From Bacillota bacterium (GTDB lineage Bacteria > Bacillota > Sulfobacillia > JAJZYS01 > JAJYTV01), in contig JAJZAT010000001.1 in assembly GCA_021799275.1 (NCBI GenBank), forward strand, positions 161,431 to 225,430: a stretch of DNA of 64,000 nt, given 5' to 3'. Made by a program: the position numbers and the translations under genes. The first letter of the stretch is position 1. Each line of letters begins with the position of its first letter. Positions 8,395 to 17,030 of the stretch are shown one piece after another. The notes below the pieces were generated by a model, which was given only the letters and a program-made list of their open reading frames with translations, had not been told where the DNA came from and ran no database searches.

Positions 8395-8460
8395 GCGGCG
8401 AGGCCTTCCAGGGATGTGGGACGCAACGCCAAGACAGGCCGAGGGCGTGAAGTCGCTTGC

Positions 8461-9291
8461 CTATGCCTCGCGATCGCTTGGCGTCGCGGCGAAAAGAATG
8501 TGGGCGCCGGCGTCGGGATTTCGCCTGCAGGCGTCCGCCTCCGCCTGCAGGAGCGCCGCGAACATGTCTGACCGGCTCCTCAGGGCCGCAAGCTGGGTCT
8601 GCGGCAGGGAGAGCAGGCAATCGGTCCCGGAGAGATCGAGAACGCGCAGGCCGCTTCTCCCGAGCAGTGCCCGCAGCTCTTCCGCGTGCAGCATCTTCGC
8701 CTGGTGCTCCGAGAAGTGCTCGGTCAGGCGCCCGGTGCGGTAGACGCCGAGCAGTTCTTCGCCGCCGATCCCGGCCTCGGGCAGCCACCCCACATGAAGC
8801 GCCATGCCGAGAGCGCCGACGGTGCTCATGACGCTGCCGACCAGGCGCCCGCCGGGCTTGAGGCGACCCGCGAGCAGCCTGAGGCCGTCCTCCATGTCGT
8901 CCGGAAAGTAGTTCAGGGCGCCGCCGAGGCAGAGGACGACGTCGAACGTCCCGAGCTCGAGGTCGCCGAGATCGAAGAGACTCTGGTGCAGAAAACCTTC
9001 CGCGGCCAGGTCGTGCGCCGCGAACTGTTCCTTCGCGGCTTCGAGCATCGCACCGGAGATGTCGAGCAACGTGACCTCGGCACCCCGCTGCGCCAGCCAG
9101 AGCGCGAAGCGGCCTGGACCGGAGCCGACATCGAGCGTCCGCCCGGCGGGCAGGGCCCAGCGGTCGAGGAACGCCGTGATCACCGCGAGCTGCACCTCGC
9201 CGAGCGGCGACTCGAAGCGGCCCCACTCCCGCTCCTTCCCATACCCGTCGTAGAAGGCCTCGATTCGATCCTCGCGGTCGTGGAGGTCCAT
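8461..9291 (-). CDS. class I SAM-dependent methyltransferase
   Basis: Motif I TLDVGSGPGRFALWLAQRGAEVTLLDIS, and post-I/II FDVVLCLGGALNY. Confidence 0.85.
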   Translation of the reverse strand: MDLHDREDRIEAFYDGYGKEREWGRFESPLGEVQLAVITAFLDRWALPAGRTLDVGSGPGRFALWLAQRGAEVTLLDISGAMLEAAKEQFAAHDLAAEGFLHQSLFDLGDLELGTFDVVLCLGGALNYFPDDMEDGLRLLAGRLKPGGRLVGSVMSTVGALGMALHVGWLPEAGIGGEELLGVYRTGRLTEHFSEHQAKMLHAEELRALLGRSGLRVLDLSGTDCLLSLPQTQLAALRSRSDMFAALLQAEADACRRNPDAGAHILFAATPSDREA

Positions 9292-9376
9292 GCGTATCGC
9301 CCCCGGTCAACCGTCGGTCGCGAACCTGTTGTCCGACAATACGGTGTTGGATCTTACGCCATCCATGCGCTTCCGG

Positions 9377-9931
9377 CTAGAGTCCAAGTTCGGACCTGGC
9401 CTCCTGCAGCGCCGCGATGACGTTGCCGATGTGCTCGTCGAGCGGCACGCCGAGTTCCTCCGCGCCCTGCACGATGTCGTCACGGTTGACGCCGCGCGCG
9501 AAGGCCTTGTCCTTCATCTTCTTGCGCACCGACTTCGCCTCGAGGTTGTCGAGCTTCTCCGGCCGCACCAGCGCCACCGCCACCACGAGACCCGAGAGCT
9601 CGTCCACCGCAAAGAGCGTCTTCGCCATGTCGGTCGTGCGGGCGACCCCCGTGTGGTTGCCATGCCCGAGGATGGCCTGCAGCATGTCCTCGGGATAGCC
9701 CTGCTGGCGCAGGATCTCGACGCCCTTGTAGGGATGGTCCTCGAGGCTCGGATAGATCTCGTAGTCCATGTCGTGCAAAAGTCCCGTCATGCCCCAGCGC
9801 TCGGGGTCCTCGCCACGCAGCGCGGCGTAGTGTCGCATCGCGGCCTCCACCGCCAGGGCGTGCTTCAGGAGCTGCGGCGACTTCGTGTATTCGCTCAGGA
9901 GCGCAAACGCTTCGGCGCGGGTCTTCTCCAA
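9377..9931 (-). CDS. HD domain hydrolase (HDIG-like)
   Basis: LLKHALAVEAAMRHYA...GLLHDMDYE...GHGNHTG. TTG at 9931 with AAGGGGGAG 7 nt upstream, directly after the thioesterase stop. Confidence 0.8.
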   Translation of the reverse strand: MEKTRAEAFALLSEYTKSPQLLKHALAVEAAMRHYAALRGEDPERWGMTGLLHDMDYEIYPSLEDHPYKGVEILRQQGYPEDMLQAILGHGNHTGVARTTDMAKTLFAVDELSGLVVAVALVRPEKLDNLEAKSVRKKMKDKAFARGVNRDDIVQGAEELGVPLDEHIGNVIAALQEARSELGL

Positions 9932-9935
9932 CTCG

Positions 9936-10364
9936 TTACTCCCCCTTGAACTCGATGTCGGACGGCACCGGCAGGAACGTAGCCTCCGCCTCCGCCACGA
10001 CTTCCCCGGCGACACGGATCACGGCCACCGTCTTCGCGAAGCGGCGCGTCGAGCGCAGGCGCTTCGCCTCCACCTCGAAGGTTTCGTCGGTCGGTAGCGG
10101 CCTCCGGTAGCGCACGGAGATCTCGGCTGTCGCCACCTGGGGCATGCCGCCCAGGGCGACGGCGTAATACATCGCCTCATCCAGCACGGCCGCGACGATC
10201 CCGCCGTGGCTGCGGCCGACAAAGCCTTGCAGATGCGCCGGTACGACGCCCTCGGCGCGGGCGCCGTCCTGGGTCCGCTCGAACGTGAGGTGCAGCCCGT
10301 GCTCGTTCTCGGCGCCGCAGACGAGGCAGCCGCCGTCGTCACGCCAGAGCGATGCCCCGCTCAA
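9936..10364 (-). CDS. PaaI-family hotdog thioesterase
   Basis: CLVCGAENEHGLHLTF...GFVGRSHGGIVAAVLDEAMYYA. The start overlaps the upstream stop by 4 nt. Confidence 0.85.
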   Translation of the reverse strand: MSGASLWRDDGGCLVCGAENEHGLHLTFERTQDGARAEGVVPAHLQGFVGRSHGGIVAAVLDEAMYYAVALGGMPQVATAEISVRYRRPLPTDETFEVEAKRLRSTRRFAKTVAVIRVAGEVVAEAEATFLPVPSDIEFKGE

Positions 10365-11419
10365 TGGGTTCCGCCCCGCCAGAAGCCGGAGTAGACACGC
10401 GGGAAATACCGCTCGTAGAGCGCGGGGTTGAGCTGCAGCGGCTGCTCCTCGCGCAGGCGGCGCAGCGCCGTCACGTCGAGGTCCGCCAGCACGATGGCCT
10501 CTCCCTCGGGGCGGTCCGACACCGCCAGGCGACCGTCGCCATGCTCCGTGAGCGCAAGCGGCGCGTAGATCCCGGCATGTCCCGTCAGCCGCATGCCCAG
10601 GGCCTCCCCCACCAGCGCGCCCTGCACGCCGAACACCTGCGACTCCTGCACCCGCGGCCAGATGCCGCGCAGGGCCTTCCAGGGGCTGTATGGATACTCG
10701 GGATCCGCCATCGGCAGCACGACGATCTCGGCGCCGAGCTGGCGCAGGATGCGGAACGTCTCGAAGAACGTCGCGTCCATGCAGACCGGCAGCCCGATCC
10801 TGCCGAGCGCCGTGTCAAACACCTCGAGGTCCTCGCCGGCCGCCAGCCCCCACTCCTCTTCGAGCGGCATGAGGTGGCACTTGGTCTGGCGCAGGATGCG
10901 ACCTTCCGGCGTGAAGAGATGGCCGATGTTGAGCACACGCTGGTCGGCGATCGGCAGGACGGCGGAGCCCGCCGCGATGTGGACGCCGTAGCCGTGCGCG
11001 AGCGTCGAGAAGGTGGTCTCGTAGATGCGCCTGGTCGCGCGGCCGAGCAGGCGGAAGAGGTCCGCCACCTGCACGTCGTCGCCGACCTGGCGCAGGGCTT
11101 CATCCACCGTCGCCCTGCGCAGCATCGGACCGAGGCCCGGCATGACCCCGACGAGCAGGCTGGCCGTGTCCTCCGGGAAGGCGATCAGCTCGGCCCCCTC
11201 GGCGACGGCGGCCCGCACCGTGTCGTAGACGAGGTCCACGAATTCCTCCGCGGTCTCGCACAGCCTCCACTCAAGCTGCACGGCCGCCGCGCGCACCACG
11301 CCCACCTCCGGCGTCCGTACCTTGTGGCGGAAGCCGCGGCGGCGCAGCCGGCCAGCGATGCGGCCGGGACGCGAGCGCATCTGCAGCATGAACTGCAGGG
11401 TGAAATCGCGCACGTTCAT
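10361..11419 (-). CDS. carbon-nitrogen hydrolase (nitrilase superfamily), catalytic triad intact
   Basis: E in LIAFPED, K in RQTKCHL, C in GLPVCMDATFFE. Confidence 0.85.
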   Translation of the reverse strand: MNVRDFTLQFMLQMRSRPGRIAGRLRRRGFRHKVRTPEVGVVRAAAVQLEWRLCETAEEFVDLVYDTVRAAVAEGAELIAFPEDTASLLVGVMPGLGPMLRRATVDEALRQVGDDVQVADLFRLLGRATRRIYETTFSTLAHGYGVHIAAGSAVLPIADQRVLNIGHLFTPEGRILRQTKCHLMPLEEEWGLAAGEDLEVFDTALGRIGLPVCMDATFFETFRILRQLGAEIVVLPMADPEYPYSPWKALRGIWPRVQESQVFGVQGALVGEALGMRLTGHAGIYAPLALTEHGDGRLAVSDRPEGEAIVLADLDVTALRRLREEQPLQLNPALYERYFPRVYSGFWRGGTH

Positions 11420-12267
11420 GGCAGTCTCCTGTATACGAGCGGCAGATACTTGCGGTAGAGACCCGGGTTCAGGTGCCGGAGCAGGGGGTAATCACGACGG
11501 ACCTTCTGGATGTCGTCGACGCGCAGCGTCGCAACCTGCGCGCCCGTACCCACGAAGTAGCCTGGGCGTGGCAGGAACCCGCTGTCGTCCTCGGTCATCT
11601 CGCAGGGGGCGACGATCGCTGCCCGGCCGGCGTAGGCAAGGTCGCCGAGCATGCCGAAGAGGCCTGCCTCCACCCCGAACACCTGGTTCTGCTGCACCTC
11701 CTGCCAGAGGCCCCAGAGCGCCTCCTCGGAGGGGTAGGGAGCCGGCGGCGCCAGGGGCGCCAGGAGAATGTCCGCCCCTTGCAGCGTCAGGATTCTGCTC
11801 ACTTCGGGGTACCAGGCATCGCGGCCGACGAGCAGTCCGACCTTGACGCCGGCATCGACCGCGACCGGGGAGATCTCGTCCGACACCGCCTGTACAACCG
11901 CATCGCGATGCGTCTGCAACTGCTCTCCGACCAGGTTGCCCTGGCGGTCGAACACGGCGGCGTACTGCTGCAGGCGTCCCTGCGGCGTCACGAGATAGAC
12001 CGTACCGGGAATCACGACGGCTCCGAGGGTACGCGCGGCGTAGCTGCCGGCAGCGAGATAGGCGTCCTTGAGCGATGCGTCCGCAAGGGCCGAGCCCTCC
12101 GGGTCGGCAAGATCGAACTGCGGCAGAAGACCCAGCGCCAGCAGGCCTGGGAAAAGGTAGAGGTCGGCCGGATTGCGCTGGGCTGTGGACTCCGCGGCCT
12201 GCACCAGGGCGCGGCCAAAGGATGCTGCGTCAGGTGCGGCGAACGGTGGGAGGCGAAACGTCGCCAC
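11416..12267 (-). CDS. nitrilase-superfamily paralog lacking the Glu-Lys-Cys triad (pseudoenzyme candidate)
   Basis: Equivalent positions read LYLFPGL (E->G), LQTHRD (K->H) and GLLVGRDAWYPE (C->G). It shares the C-terminal LNPxLYxxYxPxVY tail with the downstream paralog. ATGA overlap at 11416-11419. Confidence 0.75.
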   Translation of the reverse strand: MATFRLPPFAAPDAASFGRALVQAAESTAQRNPADLYLFPGLLALGLLPQFDLADPEGSALADASLKDAYLAAGSYAARTLGAVVIPGTVYLVTPQGRLQQYAAVFDRQGNLVGEQLQTHRDAVVQAVSDEISPVAVDAGVKVGLLVGRDAWYPEVSRILTLQGADILLAPLAPPAPYPSEEALWGLWQEVQQNQVFGVEAGLFGMLGDLAYAGRAAIVAPCEMTEDDSGFLPRPGYFVGTGAQVATLRVDDIQKVRRDYPLLRHLNPGLYRKYLPLVYRRLP

Positions 12268-12317
12268 GGTGAAGTCGCGCTCCAGCGTTGCCCCTCCTCA
12301 CATAGCTACAAGCCCAA

Positions 12318-13709
12318 TTGACGCATTTCCGACATATCTCGGCAAACTCCTGCAGAGAGGGATGCAGCATCATCGAAGACTCATCCACGAGCAGCCTCGC
12401 GGCTTGGGAGCAGGCGTTCCCGGCGGGGGCCTGGGCGTCCGGCGAGGACTATGTCCTCGGCGAACGCGTCCAGGAGCTGAGGCGCGACGGCGCCACGCTG
12501 GCCGGCCGCGTCCAAGGGACCCACGGCGACTACTGGGTGCGACTCGAACTGAGGCTGCCGGTGGCTTCGGCCTGCGATTGCGGCAGGCCGCGCTGCAGGC
12601 ATGCCGCCGCTCTCGTCCAGGCCTATCTTGCCCGCCGATGGCCGGTGACCGATGTCGGGCTGCTGGTGGACGAGTTCCCCCGCCGTCCGCGCAGGGAGCC
12701 GCTTACCGCCGCGGCCATGGGCGCGGATTTCGTATCCGCGCTCGAGCTGCCGCTCATGGACTTCGAGGACATCTGGGCCCTGCAGGGCGAGCGGCGCCTG
12801 CTTGCCCTCGACGCGGCCCTGAGGGTCGCGCCCGACCCCTATCGCCTGCTCCTGCGTGCCCTGCCGGAGGCGGAGCACGACCGGGGCCTGCAGGTGCTGC
12901 TGGCAAGCGCGTTCTCGAGCCGCCCGCCCGCCGCCGCAATCTGGCCGAGCCTCCTTGGCGCGGCCCCACCCGCGCTCGCGCCGCTCATTTCGGACCTGCG
13001 ACCGGAGGACCTCAAGCCCGAGGCTGTCCTCGCTGCGCTCTGGCAGGCCGCCGCGGACAAGGACAGACAGGCCCTCCTGCGCCTCGCGCCGCACGTCGCG
13101 GCGCTTGCGCCGAAGGAGGCCGCGGACGCGCTCGAGCACCTCAGCCGCGAAGCGCCCGGGCTGATCCCTGCCCTGGTGACGGCGGCCAAGGGTGCACGTC
13201 GTCTGCAGCGCGTCGCCGCAAGGCTCCTCGGCTGGGCAGACTCCTTGCCGGCGGACGAGACCGCGGCCGTGGAGCGGGCCCTCGGCGCGCAGGAAGATCT
13301 GCCCCCGCGACTAAGGCTGCTGCTGCGGGTGCGTGAGGCGGCCGCGGCGGGCGGCGCCGCGCAAATCCTGGCCGCACGGCGGGCCGCCCTGTCGGCGGGC
13401 GCCTGGCCGGGCCTACGGCCCGTGATGCTGCGGCGCATACGCCAGCGAAGCGACGGCCCCATCCTCGAAACGCAGCTTCTGATCGCGGAAGGTGATCTCG
13501 GCGCCGCGGCGCGCACCGCCGAACGCTGCCGCTCCTCGCCCTTGCCGGAGCGCCTGGTCGCCGAAGCACTGCGCAGCGTCGACCCGGCCGAGGCGAGGCG
13601 CCACGAACTCCGGGCGCAGGCCCTCGCCGCGCAGCTGCAAGGCGGCGAAGAGCGGCCCAGGAGCAGGTTCGGCGATCGGCCAGGAAGAAATCCTAGGCCA
13701 CGGAGGTGA
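12318..13709 (+). CDS. SWIM zinc-finger domain protein with Ala/Leu-rich helical C-terminal region
   Basis: CDCGRPRCRHAAALV is a C-x-C-x(n)-C-x-H SWIM motif. The TTG start is taken from the ORF track and the 5' end is uncertain. Confidence 0.65.
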   Translation: MTHFRHISANSCREGCSIIEDSSTSSLAAWEQAFPAGAWASGEDYVLGERVQELRRDGATLAGRVQGTHGDYWVRLELRLPVASACDCGRPRCRHAAALVQAYLARRWPVTDVGLLVDEFPRRPRREPLTAAAMGADFVSALELPLMDFEDIWALQGERRLLALDAALRVAPDPYRLLLRALPEAEHDRGLQVLLASAFSSRPPAAAIWPSLLGAAPPALAPLISDLRPEDLKPEAVLAALWQAAADKDRQALLRLAPHVAALAPKEAADALEHLSREAPGLIPALVTAAKGARRLQRVAARLLGWADSLPADETAAVERALGAQEDLPPRLRLLLRVREAAAAGGAAQILAARRAALSAGAWPGLRPVMLRRIRQRSDGPILETQLLIAEGDLGAAARTAERCRSSPLPERLVAEALRSVDPAEARRHELRAQALAAQLQGGEERPRSRFGDRPGRNPRPRR

Positions 13710-13713
13710 GGCG

Positions 13714-14175
13714 GTGAACCGGCTTCAGCGGCTGCGACAGGCCCTGAGCGAGGAGGAATGGCTCGAACTGTGGCGGCTCGTCCCGGAAGGTGGGACACTG
13801 CCTTTCGACCACCCGGAACAGCTCGACGGGCTCATCGCGAGCGCCGACGACGGGGCCATGGAACTTCTGATCAAGTGCCAGGCCCTGCTCGAAGCCGATC
13901 TGCAGCCCGCCGTCCCCCCGACCCGCAGCAACGCGACGCTCGTGTTCGCGTTCGAGCCGGCTTCGAAGGAGCTTGACCACTTTCTCGGCTCCCTGCGCCG
14001 CAACGGCTTCCAGGCGACGACGCTCGAGGGGGTCGAGGCGACGGTGCACGTCTACCTGGACGGCGTCACGGACCAGGAGTTCTTCCACCTGAAGGAGACG
14101 GTCCGCTCGCTCTACGAGTTCACGCGCATGGCGGCCGGCCGCAACCCGAAGGGGCGGCGGTTGCACACACCTTGA
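13714..14175 (+). CDS. hypothetical protein
   Basis: GTG at 13714 lies 7 nt after GGAGG and right after the SWIM gene stop. The composition is protein-like (VNRLQRLRQALSEEEWLELW...FHLKETVRSLYEF). Confidence 0.5.
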   Translation: MNRLQRLRQALSEEEWLELWRLVPEGGTLPFDHPEQLDGLIASADDGAMELLIKCQALLEADLQPAVPPTRSNATLVFAFEPASKELDHFLGSLRRNGFQATTLEGVEATVHVYLDGVTDQEFFHLKETVRSLYEFTRMAAGRNPKGRRLHTP

Positions 14176-14242
14176 GAGGTTGACCGGTCTGGCGCAGAAT
14201 ACCTTGTGCCAAGTGCACTGAACGCGAGCAGGGGGGATCGCC

Positions 14243-15142
14243 GTGCGGCGACTGCGTCCGGACTTCGGTTTGAATCTGCGCATGCTGTTCTCGCTGCTGC
14301 TTCTGGCGGCGCTCTACACGCTGTTCGTCTGGGTGCTCGCCCAGGCAGGGGTGGGCTTCCTCGGCATCGTGGTGTTCGCGGGCGGGCTCCTGCTGGTGCA
14401 GTACTACTTCTCGGACCAGCTCATCCTCGCGACGATGGGCGCGCGCATCCTGCGTCCCGGCGAGGATCCCGAGCTCGAGCAGATGGTGGCGCGACTCGCC
14501 CAACTCGCCGACATCCCCACGCCAAAGATCGCCCTGGTGCGCACGGACATGCCGAACGCCTTCGCCACCGGACGCTCGCCGCGCCATGCGGTGGTCGCCG
14601 TGACGACGGGGCTCCTGCAGCGCCTGACGCCGGGTGAGGTCGAGGCGGTGCTTGCGCACGAGATCACGCATGTCCACAACCGCGACATGGCGCTCATCAC
14701 CATGGCGAGCTTCTTCGCCACGATCGCGTCGTACATCGTGCAGCTGGCCTTCTGGTTCATGCCGCTCGGCGGGTTCGGCGGAGGCTTCGGCGGCAACCGG
14801 CGCGACGGTGGCAACGCGGCGCTCGTCTACCTCGCCTCGTTCATCGTCTGGATCGTCTCGTTCTTCCTGATCCGCGCCTTCTCGCGCTACCGCGAGTACG
14901 CGGCGGACCGCGGGTCCGCCATCCTGACCGGGCAGCCGTCGCAGCTCATGTCGGCGCTCGTCAAGCTGCACCAGTCCAGCCGCATCCCGCGCAAGGACCT
15001 GCGGCACGCCGAGACGCTGCAGGCGCTCTTCATCATGCCCGCGGCCACGCAGAGCGCGATCTACGAGCTCTTCCAGACGCACCCGACGCTGGAGCACCGC
15101 CTCGACCACCTGCGCCGGCTCGAGCAGGAGATCAACAAGTGA
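14243..15142 (+). CDS. htpX: zinc metalloprotease HtpX (M48)
   Basis: HEITHVHNRD motif, 4 TM segments, and a C-terminal THPTLEHR. Confidence 0.9.
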   Translation: MRRLRPDFGLNLRMLFSLLLLAALYTLFVWVLAQAGVGFLGIVVFAGGLLLVQYYFSDQLILATMGARILRPGEDPELEQMVARLAQLADIPTPKIALVRTDMPNAFATGRSPRHAVVAVTTGLLQRLTPGEVEAVLAHEITHVHNRDMALITMASFFATIASYIVQLAFWFMPLGGFGGGFGGNRRDGGNAALVYLASFIVWIVSFFLIRAFSRYREYAADRGSAILTGQPSQLMSALVKLHQSSRIPRKDLRHAETLQALFIMPAATQSAIYELFQTHPTLEHRLDHLRRLEQEINK

Positions 15143-15708
15143 GCTTCTTCGACGCCCTCTTCGGGCGCACGCGCCTCAAGAAGCCGCAGTTCGACCCGTT
15201 CTTCCGCCTGAGCACCGCCGTCACCGATCTCGAAGCGAAGGGCCTGACCTTCGCGGGAGCCGGCGCCGTCTGCTGCCGCCCGAGCGAGGAGATGGCGTTC
15301 GCCGACGCCTTGCGCCAGGCGGAGGATGTGACGCGGCTCTATGCCGACGAGCACAAGCTCCCTATCGAGTGCAGCGACGACAAGGAGAACTTCCGCTGGA
15401 TCGTCCTGCGCGGGCCCGCGGAGGATGTCATCACCGGCCTGCACGCGCTGGGCGACACGCTGTCGGACCAGGGCTACGGCGGGGCGCTGCTTGCGGCGCT
15501 CTTCCCCTTCCGGGACAGGAACGCGACGTCCTTCCTCGTGTACAACTACAAGCGTGGCCGCTTCTACCCGTTCCGGCCGACCGCACGCGAGGACCGCGAC
15601 GAGGCGCGCGAGATCCAGCTCCAGACACTGCTCTCCCCGCTTCTGCCGATGGAAGCGGAACTCGAGCGCTGGTACCCGATCTGGGACAATCCGCTCAGCG
15701 ACAGCTGA
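15139..15708 (+). CDS. PspA-associated protein PspAB-like
   Basis: MSFFDALFGRTRLKKPQFDPFF...YNYKRGRFYPFRPT...ELERWYPIWDNPL matches the PspAB pattern from memory. 4-nt overlap with htpX. Confidence 0.6.
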   Translation: MSFFDALFGRTRLKKPQFDPFFRLSTAVTDLEAKGLTFAGAGAVCCRPSEEMAFADALRQAEDVTRLYADEHKLPIECSDDKENFRWIVLRGPAEDVITGLHALGDTLSDQGYGGALLAALFPFRDRNATSFLVYNYKRGRFYPFRPTAREDRDEAREIQLQTLLSPLLPMEAELERWYPIWDNPLSDS

Positions 15709-15727
15709 CCCGCATCGTCGGCGAAAA

Positions 15728-15757
15728 GGCGGCCCGCGCATCTTCGCGCGGGCCGCC
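15728..15757 (+). terminator. terminator hairpin after htpX-pspAB
   Basis: GGCGGCCCGCGC-atcttc-GCGCGGGCCGCC, a 12-bp stem with a weak T tail. Confidence 0.55.
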
Positions 15758-15860
15758 CTTCGCGCCCTGCCGGACCGTGGGCATGGCGGCCGGACCATAA
15801 GGGAAGGCTACTTGCTCGATGGCACTTTTAGCCGGTTCTCAGGCTATCTGCGGCGCCCCT

Positions 15861-15869
15861 TGCTAGAAT
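15861..15869 (+). promoter_or_regulatory. putative extended -10 promoter element TGcTAGAAT
   Basis: Lies 31 nt upstream of the GT2 start. No convincing -35 was seen. Confidence 0.3.
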
Positions 15870-15899
15870 GAGCCCTGGATCGTAGTGAGGAGGGCTTAT

Positions 15900-17027
15900 G
15901 TGCTCTCGTTGATCATTCCGACGTTCAACGAACGCGACAACATCCAGCCCCTTTATGAGCGGGTTCGCAATGCTCTGGGCGCTGAGGAATACGAAATCAT
16001 CTTCGTCGACGACAGCGTCGACGAGACCACACGCGAGATCGCCCGCCTTGCGGCGGAGGACCCCCGCGTGCGGCTTCTGCACCGTCGCGAGCGCGGTCTC
16101 TCGACCGCCGTCATCGCAGGCTTCGGTGCCGCCCAGGGCGACCTCGTCGCGGTGATGGACGCCGATCTCCAGCACCCGCCAGAGATCCTGCCGCGGATGC
16201 TCGAGGCGCAGCGCCAGCGCACGGCCGATCTCGTGGTGCCGTCCCGTTACATCGACGGCGGCAATCCCGGCGGTCTCGACGGGCCGATCCGGCGCATGCT
16301 TTCGCTCGGCGGCAGGGCACTCGCTCATGTCATGCTGCGTGAGAGCCGCTCCACCACCGATCCGATGTCCGGCTTCTTCCTGGCCACGCGTGAGGCCGTC
16401 CTGCCGCTGCTCGGCGCGAAGCCCAAGGGCTTCAAGATCCTGCTGGAGCTGCTCGTGCGCGGGCGTGTGCGCCGCACGGTGGAGGTGCCGTACACCTTCG
16501 CCGCGCGCTCGGCCAACCAGTCCAAGCTCGGCTGGAAAACGCAGGTGGACTACCTGCGGCAACTCCTGGACCTTGTGCCGGTCCATCCGGAGAACACGCG
16601 GTTTTTCCTGTTCGCGCTCGTAGGCGCCACAGGCGTCGCCGTCAACGCCGCGCTCTTCGCGCTCCTCACAAGCGACCTCCTGACCGGCGTGGAATACGCG
16701 GCCCTGCTCGCCTCGCCGATTGCCTCGAATGCGGCGATCATCTGGAACTTCGCCTGGAACACGACGATCACCTGGCGTGACCGCTACCGCTCCGAGCACC
16801 TCTGGCGGCACGCGATCCGCTACGTGCTGGTCTCCGAAATGGGCACCCTGCTCACTTGGCTCGTGCTCGTCATCCTGCGGTCCATGGGCCTCCACTTCGA
16901 CCTGCTGGACCAGTTGATCGGCATTGGCGTGGCGGTGCTCGCCACCTACCGTCTGAACGATCGCTGGACCTATCTGCCCGCCGGCGAACCGATCCTCGAG
17001 CCCGAGCGCAGCGCCTCGCGCCGCTAA
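15900..17027 (+). CDS. GT2 polyprenol-phosphate glycosyltransferase (Dpm1/Ppm-like) fused to a GtrA-like membrane domain
   Basis: LSLIIPTFNERDNI...IIFVDDSVDET...VMDADLQHPP, then a 4-TM GtrA-like tail (FFLFALVGATGVAVN...NFAWNTTITW). GTG at 15900 lies 5 nt after GAGGAGGG. The track start is 15885. Confidence 0.85.
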   Translation: MLSLIIPTFNERDNIQPLYERVRNALGAEEYEIIFVDDSVDETTREIARLAAEDPRVRLLHRRERGLSTAVIAGFGAAQGDLVAVMDADLQHPPEILPRMLEAQRQRTADLVVPSRYIDGGNPGGLDGPIRRMLSLGGRALAHVMLRESRSTTDPMSGFFLATREAVLPLLGAKPKGFKILLELLVRGRVRRTVEVPYTFAARSANQSKLGWKTQVDYLRQLLDLVPVHPENTRFFLFALVGATGVAVNAALFALLTSDLLTGVEYAALLASPIASNAAIIWNFAWNTTITWRDRYRSEHLWRHAIRYVLVSEMGTLLTWLVLVILRSMGLHFDLLDQLIGIGVAVLATYRLNDRWTYLPAGEPILEPERSASRR

Positions 17028-17030
17028 GGC

